Counted from the stretch's first letter, positions 36,428 to 49,455 are shown. The stretch: DNA of 50,052 nucleotides from Priapulus caudatus (GCF_000485595.1 NW_014577071.1:271683-321734), one strand, 5' to 3'. Translations and numbers: made by a program. The notes: generated by a model not told the origin, from the letters alone.

Positions 36428-38689
36428 AACGTGGCATTTCATTGACGGGGCAAAGCAGCCCGAGAATAAAAGTAAATTGTAAACATGTATGTTTCCGTGT
36501 ACATCTAGCATGGGCTGCATCGCACAACTGCGATTAATAAAAAAATATGCGTAGNNNNNNNNNNTATCCACTCTTGATATATATGTATATAGTTGTCATA
36601 AATGCATTCGTTTTCCCTAAGTGAGTAACTGCGGTAATAGAAGTAGCACTTCATTTACACCCGTTGGCACATTACATTGTTTCATTGATGAGGCGCAGCA
36701 CAGCACACGCGCTGTACGCAGGCTGGTGGGAGAAAGAGTGTGGGGGCGGCTGCAGGGTATTGTTGACAGAGATAACAACACGCCGGTTGACTGACGCACA
36801 TGTAGCCAGAGCTAAAAATATATATGAACAGTGTGGTTCCTGTGTAATGCTGCAAAATAGTATTCAATGTATGTAGAGGCGCTACGCAAATATTTTCCAA
36901 GATGCCTTTATTCGTCGTGCAGCAGGGGAAATGTTGCGAGGTGCTAAACCATGGATCCCCCCCTCTTGTGCTGTTTTAACATGTATCTAGCAAACTGCTT
37001 TTATCTTGTGTGTCACATTAACATGACACGCAACTGCAAAGTATTGTCGACTCTGCTAGTAAGAGAGCTAGGGTATAATCCTTGCCAACGTGTGACATTG
37101 ATAATTCTTGCAATCTTCAATGTGTCCGGTTAAGTGGAAGGATATTAACAAATTGTAAGGTTATTTGTGAGGAGTATCCCCAGAAGCTCTATACGTGTTG
37201 GTGACGGTATGACATACGTGGATGGCCAACATCGCATGTGACAAACGATGCAATATAGTGAAGTAAGTGAACTATAGCTGGCGTTGTATTAGTGGTAAGC
37301 ACATCAAGAGGTGGGAGCTCAGCTAGTAGTCGCGCGCACCTGATGGAACACTACTTGTAATTATGTTTGCGTTAGCAGAAATAATGTGATAGTGAAAAAC
37401 TTGTCCTCCGAGCACTTTGTCCGTGACTCACCTTCGTAAACCAGTTCTTTCCGCGTGCCCGTGTGTGTGTGCGCGTGCATAAGCACCCCTGCGCCAGACA
37501 AAGTTTCGAGGATTACGGAGTGTCTCACGCATGCATCTGACTGACTGGGTCGCAGCGAAGATGACAGATGTCGTCTGCATGGTGCTGCGTGTTGCGTGAT
37601 GCTGTACGGACGGATGGTCTACTGCGATACACAACAGAAGATGCATGTAATCTGTCTTTTGTGAGAATATACCTGTGTAGTAGTGAGTGGGTGGCTGGTC
37701 AAAGGTCTGATACATTCATTCACCTGTTTGTGGACTTTCGACCCAAGTTAATGAGCTCCAATAACGAAGCGTGTGCAATGTTTTCGTGAAATGTTTTTAA
37801 TGCAGTGATGTTCTACGGAAAGGTTATTCATTCTTTTTCATGCAGTGTGAGTGTATTGTGAAATGACATGTTTTCATGATGACATGTATTTAGAATATTT
37901 CTTGTAATGGATTTGTGTAATTTTGTGTTAATTTTGTGTAAACGGAATGTTTTCCGATGTATGATGGCTGTCGAATGCTTGTGTGCTTAGTTTGCATTCA
38001 GAAAATTTCAGATAAGACTTACTAACTAATATATGATCGTACTGTTTGAATTTTAATTATAATAATTTCTATTATGGTAAACTGTTATATCGACAAGAGA
38101 GTATCTTTTGCTCTTTTATTCTTAGTGAGTGTGTAGCATGTATTCCTAATCTGCACGCAGAAAGTTTTTCGGAAAGATTTTTAAAGCTAAGCATTCAGGG
38201 CAATGACTTTGTCATAGCTGCCAAATGAGATTATAGTAGGGATTATATAACAAGGAATCTGATCTCCAATTGTCATTGACTGAGACCTTTTAACACGTGT
38301 TGTAAATCATGTATTTTCTACAATCTGATTACTTAATTGTTACTTTTCATCAATTCTGTTTTAACACATTTCCTCGCCACTGGTAGACCATAGTTGAATA
38401 TCATTATATAGTTGAGTTGGGTACCCTTTATTTAGTCATTAGGTCATCGCACAGTACCACCAGTAGCACAGTTGCGTTCGTTCTATTAGCGTGTCTCTAA
38501 TTTTCTAGGAAACGGTGTAGGAGAAGTCTAGTTGTCCCTACTTGTTTCAAATGTCAGCTTAATTAAATACGTAGGATTTCATCGCCAACTAAAAACTAGT
38601 GCAAGCTGCGCACATATTTGCCCAATTTGTATATTTCCACACTGTGCGTGGGCACCGGTATTCTCATCCTACTACTTCATCTTCTCTTC

Positions 38690-39142
38690 ATCGTTTTGAG
38701 TACTCGTCCTTTTCTCATTGAGGAGCTCTGTATATTCGGAAGTTTTTCGTTTCGAGTACTCGTCCTTTTATTCTCGATCGTCGAGCTGTCGAACCGGAAA
38801 TTTTTCGTTTTGAATCCTTGTCTTGTCCCGCGTTTCTTGTGTAATTGGAAATTTCTTCTTTCCGTCCTCTGCAGAAAGCACAGAGGCTGGTGTGCCCATC
38901 CTACTTCTTCCTCTACTCTCCTTTCTTTCGAATACTGGTCTCCTCGTCTTGTCCCGCATCTCTGTATAATGGGGGTCTCCTTTTTTCATTTCTTCTCTCC
39001 GTCCTCTGCAGAAAGCACAGAGGCTGGTATCCCCATTTAGAAGTTTCGAATACTCATCCTCGTCTTTTCCCACGTCTCTATATATAATCGGGACTTAATT
39101 CGGGAATTTTTCTCCGTCCTCTGCAGAAAGCACAGAGGCTGG
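38690..39142 (+). repeat. Degenerate tandem repeat containing three copies of the ets splice acceptor plus exon start (CCGTCCTCTGCAG|AAAGCACAGAGGCTGG)
   Basis: Identical core with AG at 38873-38874, 39010-39011 and 39125-39126; spacing 137 and 115 nt; a GAATACT/GAGTACT...CGTC(C)TT submotif is shared between units. Confidence 0.85.
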
Positions 39143-39310
39143 TGTCAATGGCCGCCTTCAAGGAGCCGAGCCGGCCATGCACGGGCATCCCCAAGCCGCT
39201 GCGCATCAAGCTAGAGCCGGAGACGGAGCAGTGCGTGCCGACCGAGCCACGCTCCGCAATGCAGAAGGTTCCCTCCATCAGCGATCTTACAGACGACTCC
39301 TCGATACACG
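39127..39310 (+). CDS. ets1: Probable Ets1/2 (pointed-P2-like) gene, second coding exon KAQRLVSMAAFKEPS...IKLEPE...MQKVPSISDLTDDSSIH; the gene appears to continue beyond the window
   Basis: Acceptor ctccgtcctctgcag at 39126, donor GTGAGT at 39311, phase 1. QKVPS.SDL is the motif that precedes the MAPK site (PPLTP) and PNT domain in Ets1/2/pointed-P2; IKLE fits the N-terminal SUMO consensus (ETS1 IKTE). I found no PLTP, PNT or ETS exon in the window. Confidence 0.7.
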
Positions 39311-39599
39311 GTGAGTGCAGAGAGGAGGAGGGGAGTGGAGGGGAAGCAGGAGGGGAGAGCAGGAGGGGAGTGGAGGGGGAGGAGAAATGGAGAGCAGGAG
39401 GGGAGTGGAGGGGGAGGAGAAATGGAGAGCAGGAGGGGAGTGGAGGGGGAGGAGAAATGGTGAGCAGGAGGGGAGTGGAGGGGGAGGAGAGGAGGAAGGG
39501 TGAGGAGAGGAGGAGGGGGAAGGGAGTGAAGGGGGAGAGGGAAAGGAAGAGAAGGAGGAGGAGGAGGAGAACGGATAGGAGAATGAGGAGAGCAGGTTT

Positions 39600-39721
39600 G
39601 AGCCGGAGACGGAGCAGTGCGTGCCGACCGAGCCACGCTCCGCGATGCAGAATTAAGGTTCCCTCCATCAGCGATCTCACCGACGACTCCTCGATACACG
39701 GGGAGTGCAGAGAGGAGGAGG
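39600..39721 (+). pseudogene. Disabled partial duplicate of the 3' half of the ets exon (copy of 39214..39331)
   Basis: Near-identical sequence with a 4-nt AATT insertion and the donor GT changed to GG at 39701-39702; the 5' half of the exon is missing. Confidence 0.85.
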
Positions 39722-40111
39722 AGTAGAGGAGAAGAGGAGGATGAGGGGAGAGGAGGAGGAAAGGAGGAGGATAGGAAGAGAAGGGGAGTGGAGGAGGAGA
39801 GGAGGAGGATAGGGAGGAGGCGGGGAGGAGAGGGGGTGGAGTGACATAGTGCATCTTCTGCGTGTTCCTTGTCTTGGCTTCTGTGAGAGCAGAGGAAAGG
39901 AAAGTAGGGAAAGGGAGGCGAAGGCAATTGATAAAGAGGAAAAGAGAAGCGAGGTGACGGGAATTGAGGGAGAGGAAAAGATAAGAAGAGAAGTGAAGTG
40001 ACAGAAGGAAAGGAGAGTGGTGGACTATGTGCGTGTTCCCTTCTTGCCTCCCACAGCAGCTGTCAAACAGCAAGCTTCACATGTGGCTGCTGAGGTCAGA
40101 CGCTTCGTACA

Positions 40112-40495
40112 CTGCTGCTGCTACTGCTGCTGCTACTACTGCTGCTGCTGATGGTGGTGGTGGTACTGCTGCTGCTGCTGATGATGATGGTGGTGGTGGT
40201 GGTGTTGCTGCTGCTGCTGCTACTGCTGCTACTGTGGCTACTGCTGTTGCTACTACCGTTGTTGTTGTTGTTGTTGTTGCTGCTGATGTTGTTACTGCTG
40301 TTGCTGTTGATGTTGTTGTGGCTACTGCTGCTACTACTACTACTGCTGCTGGTGGTGGTGGTACTGCTACTACATACTGTTGCTACTAATACTATTACTG
40401 CTACTCCTGCTGCTGCTGCTACTGCTATTCCTGCTGCTGCTGCTGCTACTCCTGCTGCTGCTGCTACTGCTATTCCTGCTGCTGCTGCTGCTGCT
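40112..40495. repeat. Compound trinucleotide repeat (CTG/CTA/GGT/GTT)
   Basis: Direct inspection. Confidence 0.9.
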
Positions 40496-40951
40496 GTGCA
40501 ACGGGGAACTAAGTCTGATGGAGTTTGGCATTAAGAAATTATACAACGTGATGTAATTGTAATCTGATGTTTTTGTCATCGTCCTGTTGCGTGACAGAGA
40601 GCGAGATTAGTAATACGTAATGCCTGACTCTGTTCACCATAATGCTGTACTGCTGTAGTAAATGCTCGGGTGTTGTCCCTATACGTGTATATTTTGCTTG
40701 CGTGACGTTGCTCATGTAAGTCTTTAACGAATTTTTGCTGGGCGCAGAGAGTTCTAAAACGTTACTAAGTCATAGAAAACTAGGCAGCCGATGTCAATAG
40801 GTAATGCACTCTGTTGTAAAGGAAGATACGATATATAGATGACTGCCGCATAAACGACAAGTGAAATAGGATCACCGATATACTTCAACGTGAAATGCTC
40901 TAACTTCTCCGTTTGATCCTAGCTATCAAGCTCAGATAACACTGTTAGAAC

Positions 40952-41023
40952 CATAGAAATATATAGAGACACTATCTATATATATATATATATATATATA
41001 GTCTAACTAGTATAATTTCCATG
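40952..41023. mobile_element. Tiny TIR element or excision scar with (TA)n filler
   Basis: CATAGAAAT...ATTTCCATG flanked by an exact 8-bp direct repeat GTTAGAAC (40944-40951, 41024-41031). Confidence 0.7.
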
Positions 41024-41079
41024 GTTAGAACACATCTTCCCCTTTACGCTAGTGTTAGTTCTATAAACGTGTGCGTATG

Positions 41080-41296
41080 CAGGGTTTCTTCTGAGGGAAA
41101 ATTAGACAAAGGAGGTAATGGCCAGTTTGGGAAAAAAATGCGCATGATGGATTCAAATACAGGATGTATTGATATACTTATAGGTATATAGATACAGGAT
41201 ATACTTATCAGTAAATACAGGAACATTTTCACAACGGCGATGTTAAATTTGACAACGGCAGTGCGCCACTGTGCCTCTTATGTATAAGAAACACTG
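41080..41296. mobile_element. Non-autonomous hAT-like MITE
   Basis: TIRs CAGGGTTTCTT and AAGAAACACTG (10/11); 5-bp flanking direct repeat GTATG. Confidence 0.6.
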
Positions 41297-42838
41297 GTAT
41301 GCGTACACGATGTGAATGACACGGTGTGTGAGTAAGTCGCGTGTACCTTATGTAGAGCGACTTCCCTATAAGGAGCTTCTTCCTGAACGCTTCTTCTTTG
41401 TTCTGGATAGTCGGGACCTCGCCAAATCTCTACCCTACTGCAAGTAACCGTGGTTACATTGGTGTGTGTATGTGTGTGTGGTGGATACACCGTGGCACGC
41501 GTATAGGCATGCACGCGTACGTACATCCGTCCGGTCGGTCGTGGCCAACACGTTGCCTTCTCAGAATTTCCACGACCGTATCAATACCGGTAACAGTTTC
41601 CTTCCTCTGAGGAAGTAGTCCAGCGAGAAGACAGTAACTGCTACAGGTGGACAGATGAATAAAATGGGTGGGGGGGCAAAGTGAAAGATGAGACGTGATT
41701 ATTCTGGGGCAGGACATGTTCGTGTATTTAGTACTATACTGATATTATATACTACTATATTGTAACTAGCATATAGCGCAAAAGACTACTAACAGATGCG
41801 TGTTAGAGATCATATTTTTCTATTGGAGTGTATGCACATTCGTCACTCGAATCACTAACACGTCTTGTCTGGAATGAACCAGATCCACATAGTGTTGCAG
41901 GAAAACTTGAGACACTCCAGAAAGGCACATGATAATTTACGTATATACACACACGCGCGCGCGTAGTGGACAAGTCCACCCACGCACTATGTACCCTCCT
42001 GGGCAAACACGAGTTTGCCTGGATACATACAGGTCAACCCATGCTGAAACACTTGTTGTCAGTGGTGGACAATGGTGACAAGTACCCGTCTTCAGCCAAG
42101 CATAGACTAGGAACTACATAATAAACAGCTTAGCACAATGACAATGCTGGCTGGGCAGGCATGTAGTATCTGCCATTGTTGTCACTTCCTCTCAGGGCCG
42201 TCTTGGCGGCACAGTTCTAAATGCACCTCTTTCTATTCTATGATAACACTTGCCAGGGTAGTAGCGAGAGGCAGGCCGTGGTCAGCAAACATTTCCCGTC
42301 TGCAGGTGCTTATCCACCTGAATAGGTTAGCAATACCCTCCGAATACATTAGCATGCAGTGATTTTTCTCACCCGTTCGTCTCGTGGGGTGAGGGGGAGG
42401 GAACGACGTTGGATGTGCCCCGTGGGAGAGCCAACCTTACTCTACGCGCTGAAGCCAATGTCGTTTATATAATAAATATTAATTACGGTTCGTTAGCATT
42501 ACGTCCGTGTAACACGGGTGGGTGATATACCTAGTACATCAGACCTTATATGGAGTGGAGAGGCGTACATGGGTTTTATGTGAGTGACGTAGGCTCTTCT
42601 TCTTACGTGGCTGATTCAGGTGCCGCGCGGTGTCCGATGATTCTGTAGAAAACTACGGCAGTTTAAGTGAAAAAAACACACTCCTTAGTTAAGTTAGCGT
42701 GGGTTGGTTCTTCGTCCTGCTGTAAATTGCTCTCGTGTGCCTGCATGTCGTCATTGGTAGTTGGATCATTTGGAGGGTGGGAGGGGGGAGGCGGTCGTGA
42801 TTCATTGTGGCTCGCGAGCACCGTACAATACACACACG

Positions 42839-42891
<53 letters not shown>

Positions 42892-43552
42892 GTCCTGTTC
42901 CGCCTTCACGCGCTGTTGCCGTTAACGGCAAAACTGTTCAAGTTAGAAACATAAATTCCTTCGCTTGTCGGAAATTCTGCGTTTGTGTGGGTTTGCGTGG
43001 CGTGTGTCATGGCCGGTCATTTATATCGGCGTGTCGGGCTTTGTTTAATCTCGTGCGTGTGCGTTTTATGCGATCGCCTTTGCTGTACGTATCTATCTCC
43101 CTCGAAAGCAGTTCGAGATCAATGGGGCGGGGGTGCACGGGAGGGCAGGATACGAACAAATAATTACACGTTTGTCGCAGACTGATTCCCAAGTCGCGTC
43201 GCTTCCGTCAGGTTAATTGTCAACGACTTACGGAGTCGTCAGTCTAAACTCTATACGTCTGCCGGACAATCTTGTATACATATTCTATATTTATGTATAT
43301 ACGTATGCGGCCGCTTGCAATGCGCAGGTAATGTACACAGGTGTGTCATGCTGGACACGTGGTCATACAGGTATGATAACAATATGTCGATGTGTTTGCA
43401 GCCACCTAGTTTATTTGGCGGAGGTGTGTGGGGGGGGGGTGAGGGTCGCGGAGCGGGTGGATAAATGTTGGCACGAGAAATAAAGGGCATAGAATTTTTA
43501 TACCTACGCAGTATTCTCGAATAGTGCATGGGGATGTTAGTAGAATCGGTGG

Positions 43553-43883
43553 CGAGAGAGAGAGGGGGAGAGCGGGAGATAGAGAGAAAGAGAAGAGAGA
43601 GAGGGAGGAGGGGAGATGATAGCGGAGAGAGGAGAAGGAGAGAGAGAGGAGGAGAGAGAGGAGCGGCCGGAGGCGGGGAGGAGAGCGAAGAGAGTGAGTA
43701 AGAAATGAAAGAGAGAGAGAGAAAGAGAGCGCGAGAGAGCGAGAGAGCGCGAGAGCGCGAGAGAGAGAGATAAAGAAATGAAGGAGAGAGAGAGAAGAGA
43801 GAGAGAGACACACAGAGAGACACAGACAGAGACGATTTGAGAGCAGTGAGAGAGAGCGAGAGAGAGAGAGATAAGAAATGAAG

Positions 43884-43916
<33 letters not shown>

Positions 43917-43935
43917 CGACGAGAGCGCGAGCGCG
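43553..43935. repeat. Degenerate (GA)n purine tract
   Basis: Direct inspection. Confidence 0.9.
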
Positions 43936-46900
43936 AATGAGAATCTTACAGGCGCAGCGGCCGCGCGCATACCACGTAAAGAGTAAAAAAGACATGTGCC
44001 CGCCACTCGCATTCAGCGGCTTCACGCAGAAATGTCTTGATCGGCGTGCCAAGATAGAAGGTGGCTGTTTGAACAGCGTGTCAGGCGGGGGTGGGGAGAG
44101 GGGGTGGTGGGGGTGGTGGCGTGTACATGTGCACGTACAAGCTGTTATTGCTTAGCTGGACGCCGCAGACGACTGTTTTCTTACGATCATACTCACAAGT
44201 GCTCGTCGTCGAATCTGTATTAACAACATGTCGTCGTGCGAGCGCGTTTCGGTGTTGTGTGGCACGTTTGCCGACTCAGAACGCATGAATGGTTCCCGCG
44301 AGCTGAAAAGAAATGTCTTGCTCTCGTGTGATGTTATCACTTTTTGTTGGAACTAATACAGCTAATCGCTGTTGCAGCAGATATTACCACATTAAATTGT
44401 ATATCGCACTTAATGTAAATGTACACTAAGGTCAGGTGTTCGTACATGTAAGTCTACACGCAGTTGATTGCTGTCTGCCAATATCAAGGGCGCGTAATAA
44501 GGATTATGTTGTAATATCATTCATTATGTGCGCTACAAATATCATTATGCTCTTCGTCAGACGATCTCAACGTGCTTAATTACGCGCGACTCATTAGGAA
44601 AAAGTGGCAGTAGTGGTGGGGAAGCTTAGCGAAATCCCTCGTGAAAATGAATGACAACTGCAAGGTCAATCCGTCTTATGTATGCGGCGGACGGGGACAT
44701 AGGTTTTGGTTGCTAGCCTAGTCGCGCCCGCTCGATCGCTTGCTCGGCAGTTGTAAAAAATATATAAATAGCAGTATTTATTCTGGCCGGTGTTTTGATT
44801 GCTCTCACCGCAGAAATGCATCTTGCTGGGTAGCGCACAATGTACAGCGTGCGTGCAGTGCGTGATGCGTGCGGCGTGCGTGCTGCGGCGTGTGTGTGTG
44901 TGTGGTCGTGTGGTGTGTGTGGTGTGTGTGTGTGTGTGTGAATAATATAAGTGTTGTGTGTGTGTGTGGTGTGGCCTGCGTGCGTATGCGTGCGCGGTCG
45001 TTAGTGTTTGTGTGCGTGCGGTGCGTGCATTAATAGTGTGCGTGCGTGCGTGCATGTGTGCTGCGCGTGCGCTGTGCGTCGCGCGCCTATATATAATATA
45101 TGCGCCTGTATAGAATGGCCGTATGGCATCTTGCGCGGGGACAATAAACGCGGGTAGTGTGTGGTGGGAACTAAAACAGGCTCTGCCAGCGAAATGTTAT
45201 CGCCCTTATAATTATACATGCAGCGTTTATTTTGCGAGCGCGGGGGCGCGTATCACCATCACCACCCATCAACGCACGCGCCGACCCCATAATAATTTAT
45301 CCGCTGTTGTCCTCGCGATGTTAAATCGATCTAATGTGAACTTTTATTGGGTGCAAATGGTCAGATCAACTAGCCCCCACGGATGTATTAGTAGGGGCAC
45401 CCACTGCGTCAATTTGCGGCGCCTCCTAACCTGTATGTCGCCTCCGGGCATGACAAGTCGTGGTGTGTGTGTGTGTGTGCCTTCGGTTACGTACTGCCAT
45501 ATTGCGTTGGCATCTGGCTGAGGCATCGGTGTTGCAGTGAGTGGGTGGTGTCTTGTGCGCAGGCTGTGGCTGGTGGGGTGGGCTCGCTGTCACCGCATCG
45601 GGGTATTGCGGTGACAAGTGATAGGAATTAGCCTGTCGAGATTCCGAAACACCGTGCCGTAGCGTCTCTCGCGCGCGTACGCAGCGGCCCTCTCTCGTCT
45701 CCCTCTCTCTGGTCTTCTCTCTCGTCTTCTCTTCTTTCTCTCTCTCTCTCCTCTCTCTGCGGTCTCACTCTCACTCTGCATCGCTCGCTCTCTCCTCTCC
45801 CCTCTCGCCTCCTCCTCCTCTCTCCCTCCCTCCCTCCACTCCTACCTCTCTCTACGCTCTCTCTCTCGCTCTCTCTCTCTAGCTTAGTGCCGTCGGTGAT
45901 GGTTCGTGATTAATCGAACGGCTGCATGTTTTGGCGAAATGTTTCATCGCAAGGGAAACGACGATGTTAGGTTGTTATAACTGCGAAGTTTTAAACGAAG
46001 CATGTATTTTTCGTCCGTTGTCTAGTCTTTAGTCTTGGCGGATAATCTTCGGATAAGTTAAGCGTTTAAGCGCGGGGTGGATATCGGTTGCGTGTGACAT
46101 TCGTTTCTATTTTAAAACTAGCCAACGGAAAAGGTCACATTCTCATTTAAAAAAGGTGTTGCTTTGCCGTCGTGCGAGCACCACAGCTGCTAAATGCTGC
46201 TACTGGTTTTCTATTATCTAGATAATCGCGTTTGATCCGCGCTTTATATGAGTTCATGCTACATTTCGTGGCCATCTGCAGTCACTAGCACTGTCAAGTC
46301 TATTTAGATAAGCTATGTTCATGTTACCATTCACCAATTTTAGTCTTTAGGGAGTAGTGTGAGTGCCGAGTGGCTAATAAATCATGAGGGTTATCTGGCT
46401 GATGAAAGTTCTCAAAGACTTCAATTCTCGGAAATAACCAGCGAGAGTTGTTACATCACGGCAAGATGTTTATAGTGACGAAGAAAGCTGCTATCAACGG
46501 TCCCCCGAACCGGCACAGAAAGAGCAGTTAATGTGTCAAGCAACTTGGCCTCTTGTTAAATTTGGATGGTGCTATTGCATAAATCACGCCAAACATATGT
46601 CAGACAAGCGTCATATATGTGTTTTTGTCACACATAACAGCCAGTGTATTGATAGCTAATTGGCACATTCTAAATACAGTGTATTTTTTTGCGGCAAGAC
46701 TGAGCTAGTTGCGAACGAAGAATGAATGCGAAGCGTATGTTAAGTACATTTTGATAGATTGTAATATATTGTTAAAACGGATAAAACTCTCGCCGATCAC
46801 TTGTTTATGTGGGAAGCAGCTGTTCCTGATGCATAATTAGTCTAGTTAGACCTCTTTAATGTTAAAGCAAAAAACTATTTCTCCGCCATGCGTCTACCAT

Positions 46901-49347
46901 GTCCCTACAGCAATAAAAATTGCACATAAATGTAATAAAGTTTTATTGGATATTGCCGCTATCTCGTCTGCAAATTGTGTACATAGGAAATTATCTTCCC
47001 AAAGAATTACCCACGTGAATTTAAAATCAATGTATTTAATGGTAATATAGTTTTCCATGATAGAAAACGTGTTCTATATTATTGCTAAATGTGAAAAAAT
47101 GTAATTACATGTAGTTACATGCTTGGTTGATGCGCTAGTGACTAATTGAAAAGAGTCGGAGCTACTGTCCTTTCTCTTTTGTGATTGCTCTTGGAAAAAT
47201 GTCGTGGTGCTAACAACGGAACCCGTGTTAAAATTCCTCACGCAATCCATGCTCGCATAGACTGCCTCGTGGCACCAGTGCAATCACATGCAATCAAGTG
47301 AGAACATATTTCTTGCAAGCCAAAAAATGAAATCGGACGCCGTGCAAATACAGTGGAGCTTCCGAAAAAATGGCCGGGGCATGTGCTCGTACTTTGCTCG
47401 TTTCCCGGGGCACATGAAAAATATCGATCAATAACAGTATTTTCCTAAACATTGGCTTTGAAGATAAAACTATACTATAAACTGAACCTTTGTTATAGGT
47501 TGACAGGATATTACGTGTCGCGTGACTGTGTATTGCGGTATTGCGGTCTTGCGTGTATTCATTGCATTGTGTGTTTACACAACAATTTTAATTATGTAGC
47601 TCGGATTGAAAACTGGAATTTTGTTAGGAGTTTAGCATTGCTGTTCTGCTAGGGTTTTATTTTTCAAGGTTGAACGTCATTCTATTTTTACCTCGTTAAC
47701 ATTCCCTCGCCTACTACACCGTGATTAGTTTACATGTGCATAAAGGATATTTACATTTCCTTGATAAAATGAAGCCAAAGTCTTTGGGAGGGGGGCAGAG
47801 AAGAACAATCGCATGGAAAGTTCCAGTAGCAACAAAGAGATGTCCTTTAAATGTTCTCCCCCACTTTCTACAGTGCCGTCCGCGTACCTACGATGTGATT
47901 TACTTACTGAATGCACCCCGTTGCTGGGGTGCCTGACACTTTGCGACCACATGGTGGGCTGCATGTGCGACTTGCGTTGTGAGTCATTGCTCTTTGAGTC
48001 CACTGTTGGAGCGCTGCATGGGTTGCTACAAGTGTAAGCGGGGCACATCAGATGCCCTGCTAACTCACTATGGGCTATAGCGTCGGCAGTGTTACGTGCC
48101 AGCGAATGCAGTCGGTGTGGTAATTGTACTGCTGCCGACGCCCCGGCTGACAGCCCGAAGGAGTGACGCTCGCCTCAAACAACAGAACCTCTCTTAACGG
48201 CCACCGCCGAAACGTTTTCCACGTTCGATGCGTGTCAGGCGGCGGTGACTATCCCCCCACACACACACCCACGAATTTGCCTGTATTCCTTGTAGGTTTA
48301 CGAGAAAAAAGAACCCCCCCCCTCCCTGCTCCACGCGCGAACATGCAGATGTGGTGTGTATATTCCATTCATCTGCATGGTGGGGAAAAACTATATAGTA
48401 TTGCGTCTGAAGGCGATGCTTGGTGGTGGTGCTCTCGTAGCAGGAAGCAGTGGTTCCTAGAACGACTGCAGATGGTACCGCGTGGCAGTGCGACTCTTCC
48501 CTTGCCAGCTGGCACAATGCTCCCGTCGGCTTCCGTGCGAGTTTCAAGGAGATAAGAAGAATGTTCACAACTAGGTGTCTACCAAAGTGTCATGGCCTCC
48601 CCCTCCCCCCCCCCAGAAGACCTGCGTGCCACATGTCAGACACGGGTTTTACGCGTTGTCTTGTACGTTGGGAATGATCGTATGAAGGGACGTATAGTGG
48701 ATGCTGCTATCACGGTATTTTACTGTGATGAGATGGTGGCGAAAGGCTGCAAGTTGTGCGCGAATTCTGAACTCTGGTTGTTTTCACATCGATGGCATTT
48801 CCAGTAGCGCAGGAAGTATAGGGTTGTGTTTTCGGTTAATTAGAGTAGGGGATAGGGGGCACGTGCCACTGTGAAACTAGAGAATGCCCAGCCTTGATTT
48901 TAGCAGGTGGCAATTGTGCACTGATATAGACACAAGATTCCAGGCAGAGGTGAAGAGGAAGAGGATGTATTCGATGTCCACTGCTGCGTTATCTCGGCCT
49001 GTGATTGGTTTAAATAGTGACACATAGTTCCGTTCGTTTACGTTTGATGTCTCGCATCGAGTTGTCAACTTGCTCAGATTCAATGTTCATATACGTATGA
49101 TCAGATGAGATGAGAATTGGTTCTCTCTGATTGGTTGGCGCACTCTGGATATAATGAAGTACTCGTATGATCGCTCGTGTATATGTACGCGAGAGACCGA
49201 CTATCTTAGATGTTACTGCTTTCCTTCACATCCTTTCGTCAACATCGCTCGAAGTCGGTGGTGACTCACAGTTCTTGGCAGGTGTCCCTCGCTGTATACG
49301 GCGGCTGTGTGTGTGTGTGGTTGCTATAGACGCGTGGAAATGAGCTT

Positions 49348-49455
49348 CCAACGATAGCCGCCAACGATAGCTTACGATAGCCGCCAACGATAGCTTACGA
49401 TAGCCGCCAACGATAGCTTACGATAGCCGCCAACGATAGCTTACGATAGCCGCCA
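49348..49455. repeat. Homogeneous minisatellite, 23-bp unit CCAACGATAGCTTACGATAGCCG, about 4.5 copies
   Basis: Directly visible identical units built from an ACGATAGC subunit. Confidence 0.9.

Noticed and set aside
39311..39726. Continuation of ORF 39142..39726 as a Gly/Glu/Arg-rich protein
   Set aside because: It lies past a strong GTGAGT donor and consists of intronic G-rich repeat.
39078..40073. 331-aa minus-strand ORF with an internal repeat
   Set aside because: It is the antisense of the ets exon, its duplicate and purine-rich repeats; splice signals and synonymous changes favour the + strand.
40027..40579. Poly-Ala, poly-Leu and poly-Ser ORFs
   Set aside because: Trinucleotide microsatellite with no splice or domain support.
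49348..49455. CRISPR-like array
   Set aside because: No unique spacers, eukaryotic context and no cas genes; a simple tandem repeat.
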